A stretch of 64,000 bases of DNA. Origin: Eledone cirrhosa (Eukaryota). Position numbers and translations under genes: made by a program. Under the pieces are notes generated by a model, which saw only the letters and a program-made list of their open reading frames with translations, had not been told where the DNA came from and did not search any database. Location of the stretch: positions 349,556,001 to 349,620,000 of the forward strand of contig OZ024742.1 of the NCBI GenBank assembly GCA_964016885.1, read 5' to 3'. Below, in pieces: positions 14,301 to 29,750 of the stretch. Numbering within the stretch: position 1 is the first letter of the stretch; the number at the start of each line of letters is the position of its first letter.

Positions 14301-17300
14301 AGTTACCTTTAATGTAGTTGATTCTGCTGCAAGTATTTAGCTCACCAATTACCAGACCTTTAGTTACCTTTAGTGTAGTTGATTCTGCTGCAAGTATTTA
14401 GCCCACCAATTACCAGACCTTTAGTTACCTTTAGTGTAGTTGATTCTGTTGCAAGTATTTAGCCAACCAATTACTAGACCTTTAGTTACCTTTAATGTAG
14501 TTGATTCTGCTGCAAGTATTTAGCCCACCAATTACTATACCTTTAGTTACCTTTAGTGTAGTTGAATCTGCTGCAAGTATTTAGCTCACCAATTACCAGA
14601 CCTTTAGTTACCTTTAATGTAGTTGATTCTGCTGCAAGTATTTAGCCCACCAATTACCAGACCTTTAGTTACCTTTTGTGTAGTTGATTCTGTTGCAAGT
14701 ATTTAGCCCACCAATTACTAGACCTTTAGTTACCTTTAGTGGAGTTGATTCTGCTGCAAGTATTTAGCCCACCAATTACTATACCTTTAGTTACCTTTAG
14801 TGTAGTTGAATCTGCTGCAAGTATTTAGCCCACCAATTACTAGACCTTTAGTTACCTTTAGTGTAGTTGATTCTGCTGCAAGTATTTAGCCCACCATTTA
14901 CCAGACCTTTAGTTACCTTTAGTGTAGTTGATTCTGCTGCAAGTATTTAGCCCACCAATTACTAGACATTTAGTTACCTTTAGTGGAGTTGATTCTGCTG
15001 CAAGTATTTAGCCCACCATTTACCAGACCTTTAGTTACCTTTAGTGTAGTTGATTCTGCTGCAAGTATTTAGCCCACCATTTACCAGACCTTTAGTTAAC
15101 TTTAGTGGAGTTGATTCTGTTGCAAGTATTTAGCCCACCAATTACTAGACCTTTAGTTACCTCTAGTGTAGTTGATTCTGCTGCAAGTATTTAGCCCACC
15201 AATTACTAGACCTTTAGTTACCTCTAGTGTAGTTGATTCTGCTGCAAGTATTTAGCCCACCAATTACCAGACCTTTAGTTACCTTTAGTGCAGTTGATTC
15301 TGTTGCAAGTATTTAGTCACCAATTACTAGACCTTTAGTTACCTTTAGTGTAGTTGATTCTGCTGCAAGTATTTAGCCCACCAATTACTAGACCTTTAGT
15401 TACCTTTAATGTAGTTGATTCTGCTGCAAGTATTTAGCTCACCAATTACCAGACCTTTAGTTACCTTTAGTGTAGTTGATTCTGCTGCAAGTATTTAGCC
15501 CACCAATTACCAGACCTTTAGTTACCTTTAGTGTAGTTGATTCTGCTGCAAGTATTTAGCTCACCAATTACTAGACCTTTAGTTACCTTTAATGTAGTTG
15601 ATTCTGCTGCAAGTATTTAGCTCACCAATTACCAGACCTTTAGTTACCTTTAGTGTAGTTGATTCTGCTGCAAGTATTTAGCCCACCAATTACCAGACCT
15701 TTAGTTACCTTTAGTGTAGTTGATTCTGCTGCAAGTATTTAGCTCACCAATTACTAGACCTTTAGTTACCTTTAATGTAGTTGATTCTGCTGGAAGTATT
15801 TAGCTCACCAATTACCAGACCTTTAGTTACCTTTAGTGTAGTTGATTCTGTTGCAAGTATTTAGCTCACCAATTACTAGACCTTTAGTTACCTTTAGTGG
15901 AGTTGATTCTGCTGCAAGTATTTAGCCCACCATTTACCAGACCTTTAGTTACCTTTAGTGTAGTTGATTCTGCTGCAAGTATTTAGCCCACCATTTACCA
16001 GACTTTTAGTTACCTTTAGTGTAGTTGATTCTGCTGCAAGTATTTAGCTCACCAATTACTAGACCTTTAGTTATCTTTAGTGTAGTTGATTCTGCTGCAA
16101 ATATTTAGCTCACCAATTACTAGACCTTTAGTTACCTTTAGTGGAGTTGATTCTGTTGCAAGTATTTAGCCCACCAATTACTAGACCTTTAGTTACCTCT
16201 AGTGTAGTTGATTCTGTTGCAAGTATTTAGCCTACCAATTACTAGACCTTTAGTTACCTTTAGTGTAGTTGATTCTGCTGCAAGTATTTAGCTCACCATT
16301 TACTATACCTTTAGTTACCTTTAATGTAGTTGATTCTGCTGCAAGTATTTAGCCCACCAATTACCAGACCTTTAGTTACCTTTAGTGTAGTTGATTCTGA
16401 TGCAAGTATTTAGCCCACCAATTACTAGACCTTTAGTTACCTTTAGTGTAGTTGATTCTGCTGCAAGTATTTAGCCCACCAATTACTAGACCTTTAGTTA
16501 CCTTTAGTGTAGTTGATTCTGCTGCAAGTATTTAGCTCACCATTTACTATACCTTTAGTTACCTTTAATGTAGTTGATTCTGTTGCAAGTATTTAGCCCA
16601 CCAATTACCAGACCTTTAGTTACCTTTAGTGTAGTTGATTCTGCTGCAAGTATTTAGCCCACCAATTACTAGACCTTTAGTTACCTTTAATGTAGTTGAT
16701 TCTGCTGCAAGTATTTAGCCCACCAATTACCAGACCTTAGTTACCTTTAGTGTAGTTGATTCTGCTGCAAGTATTTAGCCCACCAATTACTAGACCTTTA
16801 GTTACCTTTAGTGTAGTTGATTCTGCTGCAAGTATTTAGCCCACCAATTACTAGACCTTTAGTTACCTCTAGTGTAGTTGATTCTGTTGCAAGTATTTAG
16901 CCTACCAATTACTAGACCTTTAGTTACCTTTAGTGTAGTTGATTCTGCTGCAAGTATTTAGCCCACCATTTACCAGACCTTTAGTTACCTTTAGTGTAGT
17001 TGATTCTGCTGCAAGTATTTAGCCCACCAATTACTAGACATTTAGTTACCTTTAGTAGAGTTGATTCTGCTGCAAGTATTTAGCCCACCATTTACCAGAC
17101 CTTTAGTTACCTTTAGTGTAGTTGATTCTGCTGCAAGTATTTAGCCCACCAATTACTAGACCTTTAGTTACCTTTAGTGGAGTTGATTCTGCTGCAAGTA
17201 TTTAGCCCACCAATTACTATACCTTTAGTTACCTTTAGTGTAGTTGAATCTGCTGCAAGTATTTAGCCCACCAATTACTAGACCTTTAGTTACCTTTAGT

Positions 17301-20300
17301 GTAGTTGATTCTGCTGCAAGTATTTAGCCCACCATTTACCAGACCTTTAGTTACCTTTAGTGTAGTTGATTCTGCTGCAAGTATTTAGCCCACCAATTAC
17401 TAGACATTTAGTTACCTTTAGTGGAGTTGATTCTGCTGCAAGTATTTAGCCCACCATTTACCAGACCTTTAGTTACCTTTAGTGTAGTTGATTCTGCTGC
17501 AAGTATTTAGCCCACCATTTACCAGACCTTTAGTTAACTTTAGTGGAGTTGATTCTGTTGCAAGTATTTAGCCCACCAATTACTAGACCTTTAGTTACCT
17601 CTAGTGTAGTTGATTCTGCTGCAAGTATTTAGCCCACCAATTACTAGACCTTTAGTTACCTCTAGTGTAGTTGATTCTGCTGCAAGTATTTAGCCCACCA
17701 ATTACCAGACCTTTAGTTACCTTTAGTGCAGTTGATTCTGTTGCAAGTATTTAGTCACCAATTACTAGACCTTTAGTTACCTTTAGTGTAGTTGATTCTG
17801 CTGCAAGTATTTAGCCCACCAATTACTAGACCTTTAGTTACCTTTAATGTAGTTGATTCTGCTGCAAGTATTTAGCTCACCAATTACCAGACCTTTAGTT
17901 ACCTTTAGTGTAGTTGATTCTGCTGCAAGTATTTAGCCCACCAATTACCAGACCTTTAGTTACCTTTAGTGTAGTTGATTCTGCTGCAAGTATTTAGCTC
18001 ACCAATTACTAGACCTTTAGTTACCTTTAATGTAGTTGATTCTGCTGCAAGTATTTAGCTCACCAATTACCAGACCTTTAGTTACCTTTAGTGTAGTTGA
18101 TTCTGCTGCAAGTATTTAGCCCACCAATTACCAGACCTTTAGTTACCTTTAGTGTAGTTGATTCTGCTGCAAGTATTTAGCTCACCAATTACTAGACCTT
18201 TAGTTACCTTTAATGTAGTTGATTCTGCTGGAAGTATTTAGCTCACCAATTACCAGACCTTTAGTTACCTTTAGTGTAGTTGATTCTGTTGCAAGTATTT
18301 AGCTCACCAATTACTAGACCTTTAGTTACCTTTAGTGGAGTTGATTCTGCTGCAAGTATTTAGCCCACCATTTACCAGACCTTTAGTTACCTTTAGTGTA
18401 GTTGATTCTGCTGCAAGTATTTAGCCCACCATTTACCAGACTTTTAGTTACCTTTAGTGTAGTTGATTCTGCTGCAAGTATTTAGCTCACCAATTACTAG
18501 ACCTTTAGTTATCTTTAGTGTAGTTGATTCTGCTGCAAATATTTAGCTCACCAATTACTAGACCTTTAGTTACCTTTAGTGGAGTTGATTCTGTTGCAAG
18601 TATTTAGCCCACCAATTACTAGACCTTTAGTTACCTCTAGTGTAGTTGATTCTGTTGCAAGTATTTAGCCTACCAATTACTAGACCTTTAGTTACCTTTA
18701 GTGTAGTTGATTCTGCTGCAAGTATTTAGCTCACCATTTACTATACCTTTAGTTACCTTTAATGTAGTTGATTCTGCTGCAAGTATTTAGCCCACCAATT
18801 ACCAGACCTTTAGTTACCTTTAGTGTAGTTGATTCTGATGCAAGTATTTAGCCCACCAATTACTAGACCTTTAGTTACCTTTAGTGTAGTTGATTCTGCT
18901 GCAAGTATTTAGCCCACCAATTACTAGACCTTTAGTTACCTTTAGTGTAGTTGATTCTGCTGCAAGTATTTAGCTCACCATTTACTATACCTTTAGTTAC
19001 CTTTAATGTAGTTGATTCTGTTGCAAGTATTTAGCCCACCAATTACCAGACCTTTAGTTACCTTTAGTGTAGTTGATTCTGCTGCAAGTATTTAGCCCAC
19101 CAATTACTAGACCTTTAGTTACCTTTAATGTAATTGATTCTGCTGCAAGTATTTAGCCCACCAATTACCAGACCTTAGTTACCTTTAGTGTAGTTGATTC
19201 TGCTGCAAGTATTTAGCCCACCAATTACTAGACCTTTAGTTACCTTTAGTGTAGTTGATTCTGCTGCAAGTATTTAGCCCACCAATTACTAGACCTTTAG
19301 TTACCTCTAGTGTAGTTGATTCTGTTGCAAGTATTTAGCCTACCAATTACTAGACCTTTAGTTACCTTTAGTGTAGTTGATTCTGCTGCAAGTATTTAGC
19401 CCACCATTTACCAGACCTTTAGTTACCTTTAGTGTAGTTGATTCTGCTGCAAGTATTTAGCCCACCAATTACTAGACATTTAGTTACCTTTAGTGGAGTT
19501 GATTCTGCTGCAAGTATTTAGCCCACCATTTACCAGACCTTTAGTTACCTTTAGTGTAGTTGATTCTGCTGCAAGTATTTAGCCCACCATTTACCAGACC
19601 TTTAGTTAACTTTAGTGGAGTTGATTCTGTTGCAAGTATTTAGCCCACCAATTACTAGACCTTTAGTTACCTCTAGTGTAGTTGATTCTGCTGCAAGTAT
19701 TTAGCCCACCAATTACTAGACCTTTAGTTACCTCTAGTGTAGTTGATTCTGCTGCAAGTATTTAGCCCACCAATTACCAGACCTTTAGTTACCTTTAGTG
19801 CAGTTGATTCTGTTGCAAGTATTTAGTCACCAATTACTAGACCTTTAGTTACCTTTAGTGTAGTTGATTCTGCTGCAAGTATTTAGCCCACCAATTACTA
19901 GACCTTTAGTTACCTTTAATGTAGTTGATTCTGCTGCAAGTATTTAGCTCACCAATTACCAGACCTTTAGTTACCTTTAGTGTAGTTGATTCTGCTGCAA
20001 GTATTTAGCCCACCAATTACCAGACCTTTAGTTACCTTTAGTGTAGTTGATTCTGCTGCAAGTATTTAGCTCACCAATTACTAGACCTTTAGTTACCTTT
20101 AATGTAGTTGATTCTGCTGCAAGTATTTAGCTCACCAATTACCAGACCTTTAGTTACCTTTAGTGTAGTTGATTCTGCTGGAAGTATTTAGCTCACCAAT
20201 TACCAGACCTTTAGTTACCTTTAGTGTAGTTGATTCTGTTGCAAGTATTTAGCTCACCAATTACTAGACCTTTAGTTACCTTTAGTGGAGTTGATTCTGC

Positions 20301-20419
20301 TGCAAGTATTTAGCCCACCATTTACCAGACCTTTAGTTACCTTTAGTGTAGTTGATTCTGCTGCAAGTATTTAGCCCACCATTTACCAGACTTTTAGTTA
20401 CCTTTAGTGTAGTTGATTC

Positions 20420-23400
20420 TGCTGCAAGTATTTAGCTCACCAATTACTAGACCTTTAGTTATCTTTAGTGTAGTTGATTCTGCTGCAAATATTTAGCTCA
20501 CCAATTACTAGACCTTTAGTTACCTTTAGTGGAGTTGATTCTGTTGCAAGTATTTAGCCCACCAATTACTAGACCTTTAGTTACCTCTAGTGTAGTTGAT
20601 TCTGTTGCAAGTATTTAGCCTACCAATTACTAGACCTTTAGTTACCTTTAGTGTAGTTGATTCTGCTGCAAGTATTTAGCTCACCATTTACTATACCTTT
20701 AGTTACCTTTAATGTAGTTGATTCTGCTGCAAGTATTTAGCCCACCAATTACCAGACCTTTAGTTACCTTTAGTGTAGTTGATTCTGATGCAAGTATTTA
20801 GCCCACCAATTACTAGACCTTTAGTTACCTTTAGTGTAGTTGATTCTGCTGCAAGTATTTAGCCCACCAATTACTAGACCTTTAGTTACCTTTAGTGTAG
20901 TTGATTCTGCTGCAAGTATTTAGCTCACCATTTACTATACCTTTAGTTACCTTTAATGTAGTTGATTCTGTTGCAAGTATTTAGCCCACCAATTACCAGA
21001 CCTTTAGTTACCTTTAGTGTAGTTGATTCTGCTGCAAGTATTTAGCCCACCAATTACTAGACCTTTAGTTACCTTTAATGTAGTTGATTCTGCTGCAAGT
21101 ATTTAGCCCACCAATTACCAGACCTTAGTTACCTTTAGTGTAGTTGATTCTGCTGCAAGTATTTAGCCCACCAATTACTAGACCTTTAGTTACCTTTAGT
21201 GTAGTTGATTCTGCTGCAAGTATTTAGCCCACCAATTACTAGACCTTTAGTTACCTTTAGTGTAGTTGATTCTGCTGCAAGTATTTAGCCCACCAATTAC
21301 TAGACCTTTAGTTACCTTTAGTGGAGTTGATTCTGCTGCAAGTATTTAGTCCACCAATTACTAGACCTTTAGTTACCTTTAGTGTAGTTGATTCTGCTGC
21401 AAGTATTTAGCCGACCAATTACTAGACCTTTAGTTACCTTTAGTGTAGTTGATTCTGTTGCAAGTATTTAGCTCACCAATTACTAGACCTTTAGTTACCT
21501 TTAGTGGAGTTGGTTCTGCTGCATGTATTTAGCTCACCAATTACCAGACCTTTAGTTACCTTTGGTGGAGTTGATTCTGCTGCAAGTATTTAGCTCACCA
21601 ATTACCAGACCTTTAGTTACCTATAGTGTAGATGATTCTGCTGCAAGTATTTAGCCCACCAATTACTAGACCTTTAGTTACCTTTAGTGTAGTTGATTCT
21701 GTTGCAAGTATTTAGCTAACCAATTACCAGACTTTTAGTTACCTTCAGTGTAGTTGATTCTGCTGCAAGTATTTAGCCCACCAATTACCAGACATTTAGT
21801 TACCTTTAGTGCAGTTGATTCTGTTGCAAGTATTTAGCTCATCAATTACTAGACCTTTAGTTACCTTTAGTGGAGTTGGTTCTGCTGCAAGTATTTAGGC
21901 CACCAATTACTAGACCTTTAGTTACCTTTAATGTAGTTGATTCTGCTGCAAGTATTTAGGCCACCAATTACTAGACCTTTAGTTACCTTTAATGTAGTTG
22001 ATTCTGCTGCAAGTATTTAGCCCACCAATTACCAGACCTTTAGTTACCTTTAATGTAGTTGATTCTGCTGCAAGTATTTAGGCCACCAATTACTAGACCT
22101 TTAGTTACCTTTAGTGTAGTTGATTCTGCTGCAAGTATTTAGCTCACCAATTACCCCACATTTAGTTACCTTTAGTGTAGTTGATTCTGTTGCAAGTATT
22201 TAGCCCACCAATTACCAGACCTTTAGTTACCTTTAATGTAGTTGATTCTGCTGCAAGTATTTAGCCCACCAATTACCAGACCTTTAGTTACCTTTAGTGT
22301 AGTTGATTCTGTTGCAAGTATTTAGCCCACCAATTACCAGACCTTTAGTTACCTTTAGTGTAGTTGATTCTGCTGCAAGTATTTAGCCCACCAATTACCA
22401 GACCTTTAGTTACCTTTAGTGGAGTTGATACTGCTGCAAGTATTTAGCCCACCAATTACCAGACCTTTAGTTACCTTTAGTGTAGTTGATTCTGCTGCAA
22501 GTATTTAGCCCACCAATTACCAGACCTTTAGTTACCTTTAGTGGAGTTGATTCTGCTGCAAGTATTTAGCTCACCAATTACCAGACCTTTAGTTACCTTT
22601 AGTGGAGTTGGTTCTGCTGCAAGTATTTAGCCCAACAATCACTAGACCTTTAGTTACCTTTAGTGTAGTTGATTCTGCTGCAAGTATTTAGCCCACCAAT
22701 TACTATACCTTTAGTTACCTTTAGTGTAGTTGATTCTGCTGCAAGTATTTAGCCCACCAATTACTAGACCTTTAGTTACCTTTAGTGTAGTTGATTCTGC
22801 TGCAAGTATTTAGCCCACCAATTACTAGACCTTTAGTTACCTTTAATGTAGTTGATTCTGCTGCAAGTATTTAGCCCACCAATTACCAGACCTTAGTTAC
22901 CTTTAGTGTAGTTGATTCTGCTGCAAGTATTTAGCTCACCAATTACCAGACCTTAGTTACCTTTAGTGTAGTTGATTCTGCTGCAAGTATTTAGCCCACC
23001 AATTACTAGACCTTTAGTTACCTTTAGTGTAGTTGATTCTGCTGCAAGTATTTAGCTCACCAATTACTAGACCTTTAGTTATCTTTAGTGTAGTTGATTC
23101 TGCTGCAAATATTTAGCTCACCAATTACTAGACCTTTAGTTACCTTTAGTGGAGTTGATTCTGTTGCAAGTATTTAGCCCACCAATTACTAGACCTTTAG
23201 TTACCTCTAGTGTAGTTGATTCTGTTGCAAGTATTTAGCCTACCAATTACTAGACCTTTAGTTACCTTTAGTGTAGTTGATTCTGCTGCAAGTATTTAGC
23301 TCACCATTTACTATACCTTTAGTTACCTTTAATGTAGTTGATTCTGCTGCAAGTATTTAGCCCACCAATTACCAGACCTTTAGTTACCTTTAGTGTAGTT

Positions 23401-25660
23401 GATTCTGATGCAAGTATTTAGCCCACCAATTACTAGACCTTTAGTTACCTTTAGTGTAGTTGATTCTGCTGCAAGTATTTAGCCCACCAATTACTAGACC
23501 TTTAGTTACCTTTAGTGTAGTTGATTCTGCTGCAAGTATTTAGCTCACCATTTACTATACCTTTAGTTACCTTTAATGTAGTTGATTCTGTTGCAAGTAT
23601 TTAGCCCACCAATTACCAGACCTTTAGTTACCTTTAGTGTAGTTGATTCTGCTGCAAGTATTTAGCCCACCAATTACTAGACCTTTAGTTACCTTTAATG
23701 TAGTTGATTCTGCTGCAAGTATTTAGCCCACCAATTACCAGACCTTAGTTACCTTTAGTGTAGTTGATTCTGCTGCAAGTATTTAGCCCACCAATTACTA
23801 GACCTTTAGTTACCTTTAGTGTAGTTGATTCTGCTGCAAGTATTTAGCCCACCAATTACTAGACCTTTAGTTACCTTTAGTGTAGTTGATTCTGCTGCAA
23901 GTATTTAGCCCACCAATTACTAGACCTTTAGTTACCTTTAGTGGAGTTGATTCTGCTGCAAGTATTTAGTCCACCAATTACTAGACCTTTAGTTACCTTT
24001 AGTGTAGTTGATTCTGCTGCAAGTATTTAGCCGACCAATTACTAGACCTTTAGTTACCTTTAGTGTAGTTGATTCTGTTGCAAGTATTTAGCTCACCAAT
24101 TACTAGACCTTTAGTTACCTTTAGTGGAGTTGGTTCTGCTGCATGTATTTAGCTCACCAATTACCAGACCTTTAGTTACCTTTGGTGGAGTTGATTCTGC
24201 TGCAAGTATTTAGCTCACCAATTACCAGACCTTTAGTTACCTATAGTGTAGATGATTCTGCTGCAAGTATTTAGCCCACCAATTACTAGACCTTTAGTTA
24301 CCTTTAGTGTAGTTGATTCTGTTGCAAGTATTTAGCTAACCAATTACCAGACTTTTAGTTACCTTCAGTGTAGTTGATTCTGCTGCAAGTATTTAGCCCA
24401 CCAATTACCAGACATTTAGTTACCTTTAGTGCAGTTGATTCTGTTGCAAGTATTTAGCTCATCAATTACTAGACCTTTAGTTACCTTTAGTGGAGTTGGT
24501 TCTGCTGCAAGTATTTAGGCCACCAATTACTAGACCTTTAGTTACCTTTAATGTAGTTGATTCTGCTGCAAGTATTTAGGCCACCAATTACTAGACCTTT
24601 AGTTACCTTTAATGTAGTTGATTCTGCTGCAAGTATTTAGCCCACCAATTACCAGACCTTTAGTTACCTTTAATGTAGTTGATTCTGCTGCAAGTATTTA
24701 GGCCACCAATTACTAGACCTTTAGTTACCTTTAGTGTAGTTGATTCTGCTGCAAGTATTTAGCTCACCAATTACCCCACATTTAGTTACCTTTAGTGTAG
24801 TTGATTCTGTTGCAAGTATTTAGCCCACCAATTACCAGACCTTTAGTTACCTTTAATGTAGTTGATTCTGCTGCAAGTATTTAGCCCACCAATTACCAGA
24901 CCTTTAGTTACCTTTAGTGTAGTTGATTCTGTTGCAAGTATTTAGCCCACCAATTACCAGACCTTTAGTTACCTTTAGTGTAGTTGATTCTGCTGCAAGT
25001 ATTTAGCCCACCAATTACCAGACCTTTAGTTACCTTTAGTGGAGTTGATACTGCTGCAAGTATTTAGCCCACCAATTACCAGACCTTTAGTTACCTTTAG
25101 TGTAGTTGATTCTGCTGCAAGTATTTAGCCCACCAATTACCAGACCTTTAGTTACCTTTAGTGGAGTTGATTCTGCTGCAAGTATTTAGCTCACCAATTA
25201 CCAGACCTTTAGTTACCTTTAGTGGAGTTGGTTCTGCTGCAAGTATTTAGCCCAACAATCACTAGACCTTTAGTTACCTTTAGTGTAGTTGATTCTGCTG
25301 CAAGTATTTAGCCCACCAATTACTATACCTTTAGTTACCTTTAGTGTAGTTGATTCTGCTGCAAGTATTTAGCCCACCAATTACTAGACCTTTAGTTACC
25401 TTTAGTGTAGTTGATTCTGCTGCAAGTATTTAGCCCACCAATTACTAGACCTTTAGTTACCTTTAATGTAGTTGATTCTGCTGCAAGTATTTAGCCCACC
25501 AATTACCAGACCTTAGTTACCTTTAGTGTAGTTGATTCTGCTGCAAGTATTTAGCTCACCAATTACCAGACCTTAGTTACCTTTAGTGTAGTTGATTCTG
25601 CTGCAAGTATTTAGCCCACCAATTACTAGACCTTTAGTTACCTTTAGTGTAGTTGATTCT
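20420..25660. repeat. Tandem block duplication (2620 bp, 43 monomers) within the 61-bp satellite
   Basis: GATTCTGATG 20781/23401, GATGATTC 21631/24251, GGAGTTGATA 22421/25041 and CCCAACAATC 22631/25251 are all offset by 2620. Boundaries are approximate. Confidence 0.9.
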
Positions 25661-25849
25661 GCTGCAAGCATTTAGCCCACCAATTACTAGACCTTTAGTT
25701 ACCTTTAGTGTAGTTGATTCTGCTGCAAGTATTTAGCCCACCAATTACTAGACCTTTAGTTACCTTTAGTGGAGTTGATTCTGCTGCAAGTATTTAGTCC
25801 ACCAATTACTAGACCTTTAGTTACCTTTAGTGTAGTTGATTCTGCTGCA

Positions 25850-28800
25850 AGTATTTAGCCGACCAATTACTAGACCTTTAGTTACCTTTAGTGTAGTTGA
25901 TTCTGTTGCAAGTATTTAGCTCACCAATTACTAGACCTTTAGTTACCTTTAGTGGAGTTGGTTCTGCTGCATGTATTTAGCTCACCAATTACCAGACCTT
26001 TAGTTACCTTTGGTGGAGTTGATTCTGCTGCAAGTATTTAGCTCACCAATTACCAGACCTTTAGTTACCTATAGTGTAGTTGATTCTGCTGCAAGTATTT
26101 AGCCCACCAATTACTAGACCTTTAGTTACCTTTAGTGTAGTTGATTCTGTTGCAAGTATTTAGCTAACCAATTACCAGACTTTTAGTTACCTTCAGTGTA
26201 GTTGATTCTGCTGCAAGTATTTAGCCCACCAATTACCAGACATTTAGTTACCTTTAGTGCAGTTGATTCTGTTGCAAGTATTTAGCTCATCAATTACTAG
26301 ACCTTTAGTTACCTTTAGTGGAGTTGGTTCTGCTGCAAGTATTTAGGCCACCAATTACTAGACCTTTAGTTACCTTTAATGTAGTTGATTCTGCTGCAAG
26401 TATTTAGGCCACCAATTACTAGACCTTTAGTTACCTTTAATGTAGTTGATTCTGCTGCAAGTATTTAGCCCACCAATTACCAGACCTTTAGTTACCTTTA
26501 ATGTAGTTGATTCTGCTGCAAGTATTTAGGCCACCAATTACTAGACCTTTAGTTACCTTTAGTGTAGTTGATTCTGCTGCAAGTATTTAGCTCACCAATT
26601 ACCCCACATTTAGTTACCTTTAGTGTAGTTGATTCTGTTGCAAGTATTTAGCCCACCAATTACCAGACCTTTAGTTACCTTTAATGTAGTTGATTCTGCT
26701 GCAAGTATTTAGCCCACCAATTACCAGACCTTTAGTTACCTTTAGTGTAGTTGATTCTGTTGCAAGTATTTAGCCCACCAATTACCAGACCTTTAGTTAC
26801 CTTTAGTGTAGTTGATTCTGCTGCAAGTATTTAGCCCACCAATTACCAGACCTTTAGTTACCTTTAGTGGAGTTGATTCTGCTGCAAGTATTTAGCCCAC
26901 CAATTACCAGACCTTTAGTTACCTTTAGTGTAGTTGATTCTGCTGCAAGTATTTAGCCCACCAACTACCAGACCTTTAGTTACCTTTAGTGGAGTTGATT
27001 CTGCTGCAAGTATTTAGCTCACCAATTACCAGACCTTTAGTTACCTTTAGTGGAGTTGGTTCTGCTGCAAGTATTTAGCCCACCAATCACTAGACCTTTA
27101 GTTACCTTTAGTGTAGTTGATTCTGCTGCAAGTATTTAGCCCACCAATTACTATACCTTTAGTTACCTTTAGTGTAGTTGATTCTGTTGCAAGTATTTAG
27201 CCCACCAATTACTAGACCTTTAGTTACCTTTAGTGTAGTTGATTCTGCTGCAAGTATTTAGCCCACCAATTACCAGACATTTAGTTACCTTTAGTGTAGT
27301 TGATTCTGTTGCAAGTATTTAGCCCACCAATTACCAGACATTTAGTTACCTTTAGTGTAGTTGATTCTGTTGCAAGTATTTAGCTCACCAATTACCAGAC
27401 CTTTAGTTACCTTTAATGTAGTTGATTCTGTTGCAAGTATTTAGCCAACCAATTATTAGACCTTTAGTTACCTTCAGTGGAGTTGATTCTGCTGCAAGTA
27501 TTTAGGGCACCAATTACTAGACCTTTAGTTACCTTTAATGTAGTTGATTCTGCTGCAAGTATTTAGCTCACCAATTACTAGACATTTAGTTACCTTTAGT
27601 GTAGTTGATTCTGCTGCAAGTATTTAGGCCACCAATTACTAGACCTTTAGTTACCTTTAGTGTAGTTGATTCTGCTGCAAGTATTTAGGCCACCAATTAC
27701 TAGACCTTTAGTTACCTTTAGTGTAGTTGATTCTGTTGCAAGTATTTAGCCAACCAATTACTAGACCTTTAGTTACCTTTAATGTAGTTGATTCTGCTGC
27801 AAGTATTTAGCCGACCAATTACTAGACCTTTAGTTACCTTTAGTGTAGTTGATTCTGTTGCAAGTATTTAGCTCACCAATTACTAGACCTTTAGTTACCT
27901 TTAGTGGAGTTGGTTCTGCTGCATGTATTTAGCTCACCAATTACCAGACCTTTAGTTACCTTTGGTGGAGTTGATTCTGCTGCAAGTATTTAGCTCACCA
28001 ATTACCAGACCTTTAGTTACCTATAGTGTAGTTGATTCTGCTGCAAGTATTTAGCCCACCAATTACTAGACCTTTAGTTACCTTTAGTGTAGTTGATTCT
28101 GTTGCAAGTATTTAGCTAACCAATTACCAGACTTTTAGTTACCTTCAGTGTAGTTGATTCTGCTGCAAGTATTTAGCCCACCAATTACCAGACATTTAGT
28201 TACCTTTAGTGCAGTTGATTCTGTTGCAAGTATTTAGCTCATCAATTACTAGACCTTTAGTTACCTTTAGTGGAGTTGGTTCTGCTGCAAGTATTTAGGC
28301 CACCAATTACTAGACCTTTAGTTACCTTTAATGTAGTTGATTCTGCTGCAAGTATTTAGGCCACCAATTACTAGACCTTTAGTTACCTTTAATGTAGTTG
28401 ATTCTGCTGCAAGTATTTAGCCCACCAATTACCAGACCTTTAGTTACCTTTAATGTAGTTGATTCTGCTGCAAGTATTTAGGCCACCAATTACTAGACCT
28501 TTAGTTACCTTTAGTGTAGTTGATTCTGCTGCAAGTATTTAGCTCACCAATTACCCCACATTTAGTTACCTTTAGTGTAGTTGATTCTGTTGCAAGTATT
28601 TAGCCCACCAATTACCAGACCTTTAGTTACCTTTAATGTAGTTGATTCTGCTGCAAGTATTTAGCCCACCAATTACCAGACCTTTAGTTACCTTTAGTGT
28701 AGTTGATTCTGTTGCAAGTATTTAGCCCACCAATTACCAGACCTTTAGTTACCTTTAGTGTAGTTGATTCTGCTGCAAGTATTTAGCCCACCAATTACCA

Positions 28801-29750
28801 GACCTTTAGTTACCTTTAGTGGAGTTGATTCTGCTGCAAGTATTTAGCCCACCAATTACCAGACCTTTAGTTACCTTTAGTGTAGTTGATTCTGCTGCAA
28901 GTATTTAGCCCACCAATTACCAGACCTTTAGTTACCTTTAGTGGAGTTGATTCTGCTGCAAGTATTTAGCTCACCAATTACCAGACCTTTAGTTACCTTT
29001 AGTGGAGTTGGTTCTGCTGCAAGTATTTAGCCCACCAATCACTAGACCTTTAGTTACCTTTAGTGTAGTTGATTCTGCTGCAAGTATTTAGCCCACCAAT
29101 TACTATACCTTTAGTTACCTTTAGTGTAGTTGATTCTGTTGCAAGTATTTAGCCCACCAATTACTAGACCTTTAGTTACCTTTAGTGTAGTTGATTCTGC
29201 TGCAAGTATTTAGCCCACCAATTACCAGACATTTAGTTACCTTTAGTGTAGTTGATTCTGTTGCAAGTATTTAGCCCACCAATTACCAGACATTTAGTTA
29301 CCTTTAGTGTAGTTGATTCTGTTGCAAGTATTTAGCTCACCAATTACCAGACCTTTAGTTACCTTTAATGTAGTTGATTCTGTTGCAAGTATTTAGCCAA
29401 CCAATTATTAGACCTTTAGTTACCTTCAGTGGAGTTGATTCTGCTGCAAGTATTTAGGGCACCAATTACTAGACCTTTAGTTACCTTTAATGTAGTTGAT
29501 TCTGCTGCAAGTATTTAGCTCACCAATTACTAGACATTTAGTTACCTTTAGTGTAGTTGATTCTGCTGCAAGTATTTAGGCCACCAATTACTAGACCTTT
29601 AGTTACCTTTAGTGTAGTTGATTCTGCTGCAAGTATTTAGGCCACCAATTACTAGACCTTTAGTTACCTTTAGTGTAGTTGATTCTGTTGCAAGTATTTA
29701 GCCAACCAATTACTAGACCTTTAGTTACCTTTAATGTAGTTGATTCTGCT
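25850..29750. repeat. Tandem block duplication (1952 bp, 32 monomers) within the 61-bp satellite
   Basis: GCATGTA 25969/27921 and AATTATTAGA 27451/29403 are both offset by 1952. Boundaries are approximate. Confidence 0.85.
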